Origin: Peribolospora baueri
Lineage: Eukaryota
DNA length: 64,000 bases
NCBI GenBank assembly: GCA_029717555.1
Contig: JAMDHS010000009.1
Span: 124,001-188,000 of the forward strand
Direction: 5' to 3'
Part shown: positions 35,690-48,564 of the stretch, piece by piece
Layout of the letters: each line of letters begins with the position of its first letter
Position numbering within the stretch: position 1 is the stretch's first letter
Position numbers and translations under genes: made by a program
Notes under the pieces: generated by a model
The model's database searches: none
Told to the model about the DNA's origin: nothing
The model's input: only the letters and a program-made list of their open reading frames with translations

Positions 35690-38600
35690 ATGATGCCTCC
35701 GGCAGAGCACCCCGTCCGCCCAAGCGGGAGCCGCGGAGGAGGACCGAGGCAGGACGGAAGCGTCAAATTGGAAGCGAAAAAGGGTGGTCACATCGGTGGG
35801 AGCGGCGTTGGCGGAGACATAGGAGATGTACCAGGTGTTGTAATGCAGGGATGGGTGCTTAAGAAGAAGAGGAAAAAGATGCAAGGTGAGAAGTCTCAAG
35901 AAACCGCCGGCCCGTGATTTTGGTGCGGTGTTCTCTGTGTGGCTGGATGCTACAGGATGCGAGACGATGCTCTATGCTCACTGGCGCCCATGCTCTGCTT
36001 GCCTTTGAGATGCGCAGGCTACGCGCGGAGATGGCTCGTGCTAGACGACCAAGGCTGGCTCTCGTACTCTCTCGGTCCGGGGAAGGGAGAGCGCGACTGC
36101 ATTGCCGTAGGCGGTGCGAGCGTCGCTTTCAGCTCGAGACATCGTGAGTGTTACTTCGTCGTTTTACCTGGTCCTTGGTCTTACTTTATTGCCTATATCC
36201 ATGAGCGTTGGACCGTCGTATGTCTTTCCCTTCGGCGCGAAGCTGCTGACATGCATGCTTATCACCATCTCACACCATACCCTCGATCGCCGCGGCGCTT
36301 TCTTCTCAAGGCGCAATCCATTGCGATAGCGGCACGTCCACATATCGTGAGTGTCCTTTGCGCTCGGCAAGCGCCTCACTTGTCTCTTTAACATGCATCT
36401 TCTTGCGGCCACTCATCTCATTCTGTCCTGACCGACCTTCCCATCCGCGTAGATCTCAAGATCTTAACTCCGGAAGACTTTGACGCTTGGCGCAGGGCTC
36501 TCCGTCGCTTCCTTGTTCCAAGCCAAGGCAACGACGACATGGCATCGTGGCGACGAAGTACGATGTTCGTCGCATCAGAAGAGGGCAACGAGCTTGTTGC
36601 CGTCGACCTGAGTGAGCTGTACGGCGGGATGGAGAGGGTGGGCAAGCTCCTTGACGAGGCGGAGGCCAAGTTGGCGAGGATGAGGAGGGAGGAGGAGACG
36701 GCCCTCGCTTCTTCTACCGCTTCCAAGACGAGTGTTCACAAGGATGACAAGAAGAAGGAGCAAAGTAAGGAGAAGGACGGCGGAGGGGTGTTCAAGATGT
36801 TCTATCGCAGTGAGTCTTCCTTCGTTTGCCTTCCATTGCCGTTGAACCTCTATCGACATTTGTTATCTTATTACCGTAGGCCCTTCAAGTTCTAATATCG
36901 GCACGACGACAAGCGAGTCGAGCGCGTTCCACTTGCCAGACGCTTCACTCCCTGCCACCGAACCAGTCCTCCGCTCCCTCTCTGATAGTATTTCCGCCTT
37001 GCGAGCGGAGCACACCTCGCTCACCCTCTTCCTCAACTCTACCGTCCTCCTCGCCTCTCCCCCCGGCTCGCTCGCATCGCAATCCTCCATTTCCAACGGC
37101 ACTGTTCGTCCAGCCGGGCCTTTCCCGACTCCTTCTTCCCCTGCCTTCTATTCCCCCGCACTAGCCCGCGTGGCGACGAACGGAACGATAAGCGCGAGGA
37201 GCGCCCGGAGCCTCAGCTTCGGCGCAGCCGTGGCGGCGACGCGTCGGATGACACACAAGGGAAGCGGCAATGTGAGCGTGTCATCGGCGATGAGCCCCGC
37301 TGACTCGGCGAGCATCTTTTTCGACGCCATGAGTCTGGGTGGAGAGGAGCATGACATCGACATGGATGACGCTGGAGATCAGGTCGAGCCTTCGCTTATG
37401 GGTGTGTCCGCAAATGGCGGTGGAAGTGGGAGTTCGGTGGGAGACGGTGCCAGTGAGAAGGCGTGCAAGGAGGGAGAGGGCGCGGGCGCGGGTGGGGAGA
37501 CGACTGAGGCGGACTCCGACGATGAGCTCGACGTGGCATCGCCTTCTTCCTCCATTGGCAAAACCCCGGTTATCAGGCGGACGAGGCTTCCCGCGCCCGT
37601 CACTGGCGAAGACATTGGGCTCTTTGGAGTTCTCAAGAAGAATGTCGGGAAGGTAAGCTGAGTCGTTCACTCGACTTTGTCATTTCATTCTGACAAAGGT
37701 GTGATGCTTCTGGCGCTTCGGCCTCCCCTTCCTCTATGTGGCTTGATGGTACCTTGTCTCTCCTTCCCGGTTGTGCGTCTCTTGCACGCTCGTTTGTTTT
37801 CCTGCCTCTCTCTCTCCTGATGCCCTCTTCAGGATCTCTCCCAAGTCTCCTTCCCCGTCTCTTTCAACTCTCCCCTCTCTCTCCTTCAAGCCGCGGCCGA
37901 GGAGATCGAATACGCGGACCTGTTCGCACGCGCCGCCGCTGCGAAGGACGATTGGGTGGAGCGGATGTGCTTCGTCGCGGCTGCCTGTGTTAGCGGGTAC
38001 GCGTCCACTAGGCTGAGGGCGAGTCGGAAACCATTGTAAGCAGCCATTCCTGTTGTCGCCACATTCCGACGCCGGTGGTCTCGCGTTCTGTTCGCTGACT
38101 TCCTCCCTTTGTCGATCGTTCGCTACCAGCAATCCACTCTTGGGAGAGACGTACGAGCTCATAAGAGAAGACAAGGACTTCAAGTTTGTTGCCGAGAAAG
38201 TGTCCCACCATCCTCCCGTCATTGCTGTAAGTAATGTAATGTTCTGCCCGCAGTCTCCGTCTCGCGAACCTGATCGAGTTCGGCTTGCCGCGTGCTTGTC
38301 CTTCGCCAGTCGTACGCCGAAGGAAGGGGCTGGTCGCGCACGGAATGGACGGGCGTCAAGAGCAAGTTCTGGGTGAGGGCTCTTCTTCCTTCGATGGTTG
38401 CTGCATGCCACATCGCGGGCGCAGACGGTCGCTGATTTCTGGTGTCTTTGGGAACAGGGCAAATCCCTAGAGTTGATCCCTGAAGGGCGATGTACGGTCC
38501 TCTTTGACGACGGCGAGCAGGTCACCATCACGAAGCCCTCTTCTTTCATGTGAGCATTCACATTGCTTTCCCACGGCTTTGTTCGACGCTATCCCGAGCA

Positions 38601-39438
38601 GTTGACTCATACTCTATCATGGCCCTCGAAAAAGGCGCAATCTTTTGGCAGGGGACAAATACCTCGAGCACGTTGGTGACCTGACGATCCGCTCCTCTCG
38701 GGGCTCGCACTGCGTCCTCGAGTTTAAGGCATCCTCGCTCTGGTCCTCCTCTTCGTCCCGCAACGTCGTCACGGGCAAGGTGTTCGATTCGCACAACAGC
38801 CAGGTTTCCGTCCTCCAGGGCCGATGGACCGAGAGCCTGTCACGCATGTTCCCCGGACCGGGGGACAAATATCAGCTACTCTGGACGGCAGAGGAGCTTC
38901 CGAGGGACGCATTGGACTATTACGGCTTTACCACGTTTGCTATCCAGCTGAACGAGATGACGCCCGATTTGGAGCCGGTTTTGCCGCCCACGGACTCGAG
39001 GCGAAGGCCGGATCAGAGGGCATTGGAGAATGGGGACGCGGAGACGGTGCGTGTGCCGTCCGTGTGTCTGCCTGTCTTACTGTCGATGTCGCACTGACCT
39101 CATGTCCTCTCTTCCTTGATCGCCTCCTCTACCTCACCCCTTCCAAGGCGGACCACCTAAAGACTTCACTCGAGCAAGCCCAACGCATGCGGAACCGCAC
39201 GCGAGAGGCCCGCCACGAAGCCTACCATCCCCGCTGGTTCCGGCGCGTTGACGACGGCGACAGCTCGGAAAAAGGTCATTGGGTTTTTGGAGGGGAGTAC
39301 TGGGAGGAGCGCAAGAAAGTTTCTCAGATTGCTAGGAAGAGGGCAACGACGGCAGCGAAGGAGGGAGGAGAGAAGGAAGAAGCGAACGAGGCAAGGGCAC
39401 CAAAGTGGGAGGGCGTGCCGGAGATTTTTGCGCCGTGA
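35690..39438 (+). CDS. OSH3: Oxysterol-binding protein homolog (PH + FFAT-like motif + ORD), multi-exon
   Basis: PH domain [33 protein letters not shown]-like motif; LKKNVGK/DLS...; [37 protein letters not shown]. Confidence 0.88.
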
Positions 39439-40438
39439 TAGTGGCCCGCTGACGGTCGGCTGGGATCGACCGACGATTTGGTTCGTTCGCACGGTCGATC
39501 AACGTTTCCCGCTCGAGGGACGACCGATCCCTCTCGGACCCTCTCCTCCACTTTTTCCCCGTCCTCCTTTTCGGACTCGCACAAGGAGGATTAGGATGAT
39601 CAGGAACGGACGGAATCCTGTTCTCTTCCTCGCGGACTAGTCGTTTCAACTGACCTTCTCGTCCCTTCACACGCGTACGAATATTTACATCTCTCACCGT
39701 CTCCTATCTCTTTCTCGAACTTGCTTCACACTTGCTCTTATTTCGAAACGGACGTCCGAACGACGCCGAAACGTCTCTAGCTACCCTTTTCCTTCCCACC
39801 CCCTATCTCTTCTAGCGATACCGTTATATCCGACATAATGAATTATACCCGGTTGAGCAGCTCTGCAAGGTGGTGTAGCGTGAGGAGAGGTGGTGACAAT
39901 AGCGGACAATCCGCCCCGGTTTTGGAGACACAGACAGACAGACAGACGCACAGACGCCCACCGTCTTGCTAACCCGGCATTGGCCGATCAATGGCTGGGC
40001 TGGGCTGACTGACTGAGTGAGACCGACGGCGCGTCGGGCCAAGGTAAACACTCTTGGAAGCCATCTTCGATACAGTGCGGGGATACTAGTACAGCGACAA
40101 CGTCGGTGGTGACGAGTCAAGATGCCAAGGATAGAGATGGGCAAGCCCAAGCCAGCCACAAAGAGGAAGGAGGGGGGCGTTGGCGATGGCGAAGAAGGAT
40201 GGACGCGACAGGACGCGCGAGCTAGTGACAGACGGCGCCGGCCTGGCCCACATCCTTCGATGCGCGTGCACACGGTTGGAGGGATGGAAAAGGGGGCGAG
40301 GGGATGGATGACTCAGGCTGTCATCACCGGCGTTCCGTCCGACATTGAAGAGGAAGGGAAGAGTCCCAGTGCGAAGATCGAGCATCAAAAGTAAAGTTGG
40401 CAGATGGCGAAGGAGAGAACGGAGGCAGCCATCGGCCT

Positions 40439-40806
40439 TTATTCGTCCCTTGCGAACGGTCGCTTACGGGTATTAGGCGCGGAGGCGGTTCTGTGATAAC
40501 GTTGGCGGAAGGAGGAAGACGAGGGGACGATTCGGACTAGGTCAATGCAGGTCATCCACAGGGAAGGAGAACGGCATCCCTCCCTCCAGAGAGGGAGGAC
40601 AGAGCATAGAGGAGGAACGAGAACACGAACAGCGGAGTACGAATGGACGGGGGAAATCGACCGGCAAACCAGAGCAAAGGATGTGGGGGCTCACTTCCTA
40701 CTCCTCTGATCTTGGCCGCAGTCACCGCCGCCGTCCTCGTCCGCCGCCACTTCGTCAACATCCATCTCTGGCGCTGGATCCTGGACCGAGGAGGGGGAAG
40801 TGGAGG

Positions 40807-40840
<34 letters not shown>

Positions 40841-42202
40841 CAAAGCGGTCCTCCCTCCCATCTCTTTCATTTTCTCCCTCGCCCTACTCGCAGCTCCGCC
40901 CATCCCCATCCCCTCAATTCTTTGTCCAGCCAGACTCTGACCCTGACTCTGCCCCTGGCCGTGAGAAGCGCCAGAAGTCTTAAGCGAGCGCAAGATGGCG
41001 TCGACCTCCTTGTCGTGCGCAATTTGCTGGGCTTTCCTGTTCGCATCTAGCGTGCGCGCTTCGTCTATGCGGGTGTCGATGATTTGAAGGACTCTTTGAG
41101 CCGAGGAAGCCCTGTTGAGGTGGCGTGGTGGGCATTGGACAGTGGGACATGATGTGCGTTGAGGAGGAGAAAGGAGAAAGGTATAATTCGCCGGAAAGAA
41201 TGAGCGTCTCTCATCACCTGCAGGCGTATGTATGCGGGTAGCACTCACCACTCTTCCATACTTGCCAACATGCCCTCCACATCCTGTGGCCGAACGTCTC
41301 TCCCGAGCGCCCACTCCACCTCGAACCGCTGTCTCTTCTGATCAAGTCTCCCCTTGACCATGTCGAGGTAGATCGAGTCAATGATCAGGTCTTCGAGTTC
41401 GCGGATGGAGGCAATGTCGAGGGAGGTGAGGAGAGTTGCGTAGGGGAGAGTCTTGAGGATTTAAAAAATTATGACAGAATGTGCAAAGAGGAGAGATACA
41501 AAGAGAGCAGAGACCGAACCGTCAGAGGCGTCATCTCCTGTTGTGCTGCGCGTCATAAATAAGCGAATCGCATGTGGACTGCGCTTCGGGGAAGGGACGC
41601 TGGAGGCTCACCCGGCTCTTGGAAGCAAGGCTGACAATGGAGAGCTGCTTGAGCTTTGAGATTTGGGCATTGTTGAGGGCGGGAAGGGAAGAAGACGACT
41701 CTGGAGGGGGGGTTGGTCAGAAGGAAAAAACGTAGCGCTCCCGTCAACTCCTGTGCGCGTTCGCATCCTCGACGTCGATGACTGCCACATGCTCGAAGGT
41801 CGTTCGTAAAAACAACCAAAGACTACAAAGGACGGACTGCGTGGCACCGAGGACAGAGCTCACCCACCCTTGTACTGTTGATAAGTGCCGTACGCGAACA
41901 ACTCGAGAAGACGGTAAGAGGACGCGTACTGGTCGCTGCTTGCGAGCTGGACCCATTTCAAGAAGGATGCGATGGTCAGTCTATCCGCCAACCTTGCTGC
42001 CGGCCAGTCGGGCTTAAACACCTGTACGCCGTACCACCCAGCTCACCTCCTTCACGTTCTCCTTCTCCAGCAGTTCCCCAAACACATACACTCCCGGCGC
42101 GGCTGTCGCCTCTGCCACGAGCTTGGCCGCGGCGGCGCCCTTGGCCGACTTGGCGAGTAGGAGGAAGGGTTCAAGCTTGGCTGTCAATGTGTCCGTCGTC
42201 AT
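40439..42202 (-). CDS. CSN7: COP9 signalosome subunit 7 (PCI domain), multi-exon
   Basis: [79 protein letters not shown]; inferred last exon [16 protein letters not shown]. Confidence 0.88.
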
Positions 42203-43095
42203 CGCCGGCACTTGCTCTGCGTCTGTTGTTCTGGAGCGCTCTGCGAGGGGGACGGGTCTTGGGTGAAGGCAAGTTGAGACGTCGGCCGCCGATGCGATCC
42301 GCTCGTCGGCCACTTTTGGCAACGACGGGGCGATCGAGGGCGGTGAGCCGGCGATAGGCGGCCCAAAGCGGGATCGGCTGCGGCATATCCGGATTCCATT
42401 CCGGCGGCGGTACATCAAGCTGGCAGCGGCAGCAGAAGTGGAGCCGAGATGCACAGGTGAGGTCAGATTAGGTGAAGGTCAGGTCGTGTGAGCGAGATGG
42501 AGGACGACGACGACAGCAGCGCATCTCACGCACGCGATGGCCACCTTAGAGGACGTCAGCCGCTGGCGAGGGTGCGAAGAGCACGGAGGACGAGGAGGCG
42601 GCGGACCGGATCGCTGCGTCGTCCGGACGCGGACGGTCGATGAGACAGACGGCGAGGCGAGATGAGACGAAAGATATTCGTCTCACCGGCAAGACGTCGC
42701 TGACGGTCGCGTCGATGTCCCACTGCTCACGTCAGATCCGCTCGCTGGCCACGTCCTTGCTCTGCTCTGCACTCGATCTCAGGACAGAATCGACCTCGGC
42801 CATCTACGACAGCGGAACGTGCCGGCGCTCGCACCAGGCTCGACTTGGACGATGGCTCGCGTCGAGCTAATGTGAGGGAAAGAAAAAGGCTTTGATTGCC
42901 GTCCTCACAAAAACCCCGACCGAGGCGGATGCCGCCCGTCGGTCCTCATCTTAGTTCCTTCTCACCTTGTCGTCACCCTCCTCGACGCTCCTCTATCTCC
43001 TCCAACTTGGTCCACTTCTTCACCCCCGCCCCCTCCTCCACACTTCTCCACACACTGTGCGTGCGCCAGCCCAATCGTCATCCAACCTGGCCGAC

Positions 43096-46059
43096 ATGGA
43101 CGCCTACGCTGTTCCCGGACCGGGCTCAGGGGAAGACAGCACGGGCCTGCGGGCGTACGAGCAGAAAAGGTCCAAGCGGGTCAAGTTTTTGCTCAGCTTT
43201 GGAGAAGTCAAGCTACTCAGCATCGCCGGGATCGGCTTTCTCTTAGATGCGGTGAGTGAGCAGACGAACAAGCGAGCACACGACGACGTTCGCTCGGTCC
43301 CAATGCGTTTCGCAGCCCAGTCGCTTACTTCACCGCCTACCTATCGCCGACTCGATGCTGCTCGTCACCAGTACGACCTCTTGATCATCAACAACATCAC
43401 CCAGTCCTTACAGTTCGAGTTCTACGGCGGCGAGCCGCTCCCCGCAGGGCTGCAAGACTTTATCAAGGCAGCGGCGAACATTGGGTGCGTCCCGTCGTCC
43501 TGGCTGAGGGAACCGTCTTCTCGCCCGCTTTTGGTGTCCGTCCGTGTCCTGACTGTCGTCGGCGGTCTTCTCGTCTTCGCCTTCTTGCGCGTAGGTGCAT
43601 CATCGGCCAGTTCCTCTTTGGGTACCTCGCAGACGCCTATGGCCGCAAGTGGCCCTTCTTCTCCACACTATGTGTCATCATCGTAGGCACCATCTTGTAA
43701 GTTTTCTCGTCCTCGTTCCTCCCGCCTTTGCGGGTTCACATCCACAATAGCGTCCAGCGGGTTCGCGCACTCAACGCGCTGTATGCCTGGTGCCTGTCTG
43801 GCTTCGTGGGGCGGAATGGCAGTACGATCTCCGTTCCCTCCTACCTCTCTCCCACCTCTGTCCTCGTCTGGATTGGCGTTTTCCGCATCCTTTTGGGCAT
43901 CGGAATCGGAGGAGACTACCCCAGTGAGCAATCGCCGCTTCCACATACGGTCGCTGTCTCTCATCTGACACTCCCCTTAACTCTCTCTCCTGCCTGCCGT
44001 CAGTGTCCGCCTCGGTAGTGAGCGACCGTGCCAACCTTGAGAGGCGAGGGACGCTGCTCGCCTTCATCTTCGCCAACCAAGGTTGGGGCTCTCTTCTGGC
44101 CAGCTTGGTCACCATCATCGTGCTCTCCGCATACAAGCACGTCATGAATGAAGAGGGCAAGGTGCACAAGGTGGACGGGGTTTGGAGGATCGTCGTCGGT
44201 GAGTCTGAGTCGTCCCACCGGCCAGCTTAACCGGCGCACACTGTGTAGAGCAGGCCTTGAGCGATGACGGACGGACGACATGGCGCCTTCTTTCCCTTTA
44301 CGATGCCGCCCTCACACAGGTGTGGCCATGGTCCCGGCCTTTGCGACACTCTACCAGCGCTTCAGTCTTCCCGAATCGGCCAAGTTCAAACAAGCCCGCG
44401 CGCTCCGCGATGGCAAAAAGCCGAACCTCGGCCCCCAGAGTGGGGAGGAGGAGGAGATCGTCGCTGATCTGGAGAAGCTGACAGACATTCCGTCCGGAAC
44501 GCTGTCTCGCCAATTCAGCTCGCAACAAGCCGGGCCGGAGGAGTCCAAGAGTGGATCGCCGGGATCAGACATGGATAGGAGCGCGAAGGAGGATGTCATA
44601 ATGCTCGGGGGCACTGGAGATGTTCACTCCGTGCGGAGGAATAGCCTTGAGACGCCTGGGAAGGGCGTCAAGGGGGCTGCTGATGCGCAAAAGGCGCATT
44701 GGAGAGCATTTGTCACGGTGAGCTGGTTGACTGTGATCGGCTTTCTGCTGCTGTTTTCACTCGTCCGGCTCCCCATTCCAACGCTCACTTCTCTGAGGCG
44801 TATTCCATTCACTGTCCCGCTGCCAACGTCTCCTGCAGTATTTCAAGGAATGGCGGCACCTCAAAGTCCTCATCGGTTGTTGCGCGTCCTGGTTTCTTCT
44901 CGACATCGCATTTTACGTTCGTTATCCGAGCTCTTTCCTCGACTCGATCATCCTCGCCAATTTCCATTTCTCTATTTCGCTCACGCCCTCGTTCCCTTCT
45001 TCTTCCTCCCTTGGCCATGTAGGGCATCAACTTGAACCAGACCGTTGTGCTTCAACAGATCGGTTTCGACGGAACGACGGACACGGCGTGGGAGCGTCTC
45101 TTCCGCACGGCCATCGGGAATCTGATCATCACGGCACTGGGCTTCGTCCCCGGCTACTACGCTACCGTGCTGACAATTGAGTACCTCGGTCGCAGGTGGA
45201 TCCAGGTGCAGGGCTTCCTCATCACCGCATTGCTGTTGGGCGTCCTGGCGGGCGATTTCCACATGCCCAAAGTCAGCTTCATCGCCTGCTTCGCGCTCCT
45301 CCAATTTTTCTTCAAGTGAGTGGGTCGAGGCGGAGCGGCGCGTCGAAAGCTTGATGGATGGAATGGCGACTGATCGCTATGGGGCTTCGCTATCGGTTCT
45401 GTCCCCCCCCGTTTCGCCTTGCAGCTTTGGTCCGAATACGACAACTTACGTGAGTTCCGCCTTCCTCGCGCCCTCCTCTCCGCGACTCCACTTCTGATCG
45501 CCTTGCCTTTTTCGGTCACACCCTTCTCTCCTTCCGTGCGTCAATCGACCAGGTCATCCCGGCTGAAGTCTTTCCGACAAGAGTCCGTGCCTCTGCCCAC
45601 GCTATCTCGGCGGCGTCGGGGAAAGCGGGGGCCGTGCTCTCCGCCCTCGTGTTCAACATCGCTACGGAAAAGATCGGCACTCCCAACGTACTTTGGATTT
45701 TCTTCGGCGTGAGTGGATGATGTTTGCCTCGTCCGTACGGCAATCCGCCTTACGCTTCCGTGCGAGAGTTTGTCCGGTGTTGGAGGTTCGCCCGCGATCG
45801 AGGACTGACGTACATGGCCGATTGAGAGAAAACACGGGATGGACGACTGATCGGCTTCCTTCATCATTATCTCCTTCATCCCTACCCTCCTCGCCATCCG
45901 TTCGTCCCCCAACCTTCCCCTGCGACACTCCATTACATACAGTGTTGCCTCGTCGGCGCAGCGGTCACCTTCCTAATCCCCGAGACGAGAGCCAGGGACG
46001 CTGATGACGTCGACATGGCCGAGCTTGAGGACGAAAGGAATAGGCTCCAGCTCAACTGA
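43096..46059 (+). CDS. PHO84: Phosphate:H+ symporter family MFS transporter (Pho84-like), multi-exon
   Basis: [102 protein letters not shown]. Confidence 0.88.
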
Positions 46060-46577
46060 GCCGAGTCCCGCTTTTCGATGGTGGACGACAGCGGCCGCGG
46101 CGGAGAGCTGCGATAATGTGTTGGTGACTTGTCCGTGCGCCGCGCCGATGGCACGATGCGTTATCTTATTGAACGATTCGGCGGGTCATCGGAAGAGAGC
46201 ATTCGCCACGCTATGGCGTAGCTCGCGTATGCGCCGCATACCGGACTGACCGGACCGCACCGAAGCTGTCGCTTAACTCTTGTATATTTACCTATCATTC
46301 CTAGATAACCTTTAATGGCATAGAATCTGTTCATTGGGCGGTTCCTGACATTGCTCCGCATCGGGAGACGTCGAGCTGACGGGACATCCATCTTCTCCTA
46401 GTCGGATCTCTGAGCAGATTGCGCAGGTGACTTTTTTTTTTGGGCAGAAGACAAGACGAGACGAGACGAGACGATCGACGGATCAGTCAGTCACGCTTGC
46501 GGTCAGAGATGGATGCGGTGGCGACCCACCGCTGAGGTCATCCATCTCAGACCTCGCTCAGCCCGCTTGAGACTGAT

Positions 46578-46588
46578 GATATAAAGAG
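46578..46588 (+). promoter_or_regulatory. TATA-box candidate for the DUF1264 gene
   Basis: ATATAAAGAG about 100 bp upstream of ATG 46678, followed by a pyrimidine-rich stretch. Confidence 0.45.
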
Positions 46589-46677
46589 GCGCTGGTGTCG
46601 AGCGAGGTCCTCCGACTTCGTTTCGTCCCCATAATTTCCTTCCCAGCTTCGATTTTGCTCACGACGGATTTACAAAG

Positions 46678-48210
46678 ATGAGGTAGGGCTTGCTATTTCC
46701 TCGCACCCCTCTCACCTGCATGACACTCTGTTCACCTCCGAGCGGTTCCATTTCTCACAGTTTCGCGCCAGTCAACCAGGTGAGTGTTGGCGAGACTGGC
46801 CAGTGGAGACAAAGCTATGGCAGCAGGCGGGGCAAGGGTGTGTGTGTCCCTCTCACGCTCTTCGCGCTGACACGATCGAGATCGTTTGTGCGAACAAACA
46901 AAAAGGTCCACCAATGCCTTCACGCTTTCCACTTTCCCAGGTGAGTTTAACGCCCATCGATGGGTTGATCTACGTCAGCGCCGATGTGACTGCCCGCCCT
47001 CGCTGAGATGTTCCTCCCTCCCTCCCTCCCTCCCTCCTCACAGCAATGACCGCACCCGTGCAATCCCAGCCTTCCACTACTGCTCCCACCGTGAGGGCTT
47101 CTTCCAGTGCATCCTCTACGACAGCAATGAGCCTGATGCACGCCTCATCGGTGTCGAGTACCTCATCACCGAGGCGATGTTCAAAACCTTGCCGCCGGAT
47201 GAGAAGAAGGTGGGCACCAAATTTTTTTTTTTTTCGGGCCATGCTGACGACGTTGGAGGGAGAGGGAAATCGCGCGCTTGAGTCGCCCGGAATGGATCGG
47301 CATGGGCAGCTTGTTTGCTGACCTGCTTCTGACCATCTTTGCTTGCAGTACTGGCACTCTCGTGAGTACCGTCTGAGCACATCTTCAGATCCCTTTGACA
47401 TCTTGATCTGATCCGTTCCCTCTCCTGCTTCGCTAACACCTACTTCCACGCCCCATCAGACAAGCATGAAGTAGGCTCCGGTCTCCTTGTTGTGCTTGAC
47501 ATGGCCGGTGTCAAGGGTACTGTGGCACAGGCCGCGAGCACTGTCCCCGGCGTGGAGGGAAACCAGGGTGGCGGTATCAACAATCACTTGGAGGCGCCGG
47601 CCATGCGTGAGTTTTTCCCGAGGTCGTCTTTTCCTCGCTCGGATTTGCTTCGGACGGGAGAGGAAGGCATGCCTTGGTGCATGACGCACACAGATGCAAG
47701 ATACGTTCGAGTCCTTCGGTACTGACCGCCCTCATTCGATCTCGTTCACCTCTGCTCTGCACATGGCCTTCCGCTTCCACATTTCTCTTTTGATCCGGTA
47801 GACGAGATCTACCGGATGTACGGCAAAGCGATGTGAGTTGCGATGTCCGTCACTCCTCTCTTGCTCTTCCTCCCCTCCCCCCCTTTCGCGCTCTTCCCGA
47901 CTCGTGGATTCCCATCTCTTCAATTTCCCATAGCCACCTCTGGGACTTCGAGCGAGACGCGCTCCCTCTAGGACCTCCGATGCTGGTGATGTCGACGACC
48001 GAGGACGGCCAGGTGCCCATGTCGGCCATGAAAGCTCGCGACAAGCGGCTTGGTGTTGACACCGAAGCCAAGCGCAAGTACAGGTCCACGTACCTCGATC
48101 CGAACTTCGAGCCGGATGAGAGCGTGGATCTCTGGTGGAAGACAGGGAGAGCGCCTGTATTTGTAGTTGAGGAGAGGGAGGTGAAGGGGTTGCAGAAGGG
48201 GGATAAGTGA
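46678..48210 (+). CDS. DUF1264 / oil-body-associated-protein-like protein, 8 exons
   Basis: Spliced MSFAPVNQVHQCLHAFHF...AFHYCSH...QCILYDSNEPDARLIGVEYLI...EKKYWHSHKHEVGSG...YGKAIHLWD...LPLGPPML. Confidence 0.85.
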
Positions 48211-48564
48211 AGATAGCGGCGATTGTGATCATGCTGGCCGTCGCGTCCCGAATTCCTAGAAGGAGTGGAAGTTCCTCAACCATGTACTTTTCCACCAAGC
48301 ACTAGCTTGACCCAGACCACATTGCGAATGCACAACTGCTCACCACTACCGATGCCAATGATTGGTACGGAAAATCGTAGTGAAATGTATGTGCGGCGCA
48401 TCGAGAGAGTTGCCGGACGAGCGAAACGGAGATATGGAATCGCCAAGTCAGGAGTCGGGGTTCGGGAGTCCGTTGTCGCTCGTGCCCGCCTCGTTATCAA
48501 TTGTGTGCGGCTACGCGCTGCTTTGTGCACTAGTCTCCCGTACCGGATACCCGTCCCGATGCTC

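Noticed and set aside
39824..40400. Short ORFs and GACA/GACT micro-repeats between OSH3 and CSN7
   Set aside because: No splice-consistent gene model or motif; compatible with convergent 3' UTR or intergenic DNA.
42929..43246. Out-of-frame upstream ORF overlapping the PHO84-like start
   Set aside because: Its ATG lies upstream of the pyrimidine tract where transcription probably starts; no evidence that it is in the mRNA.
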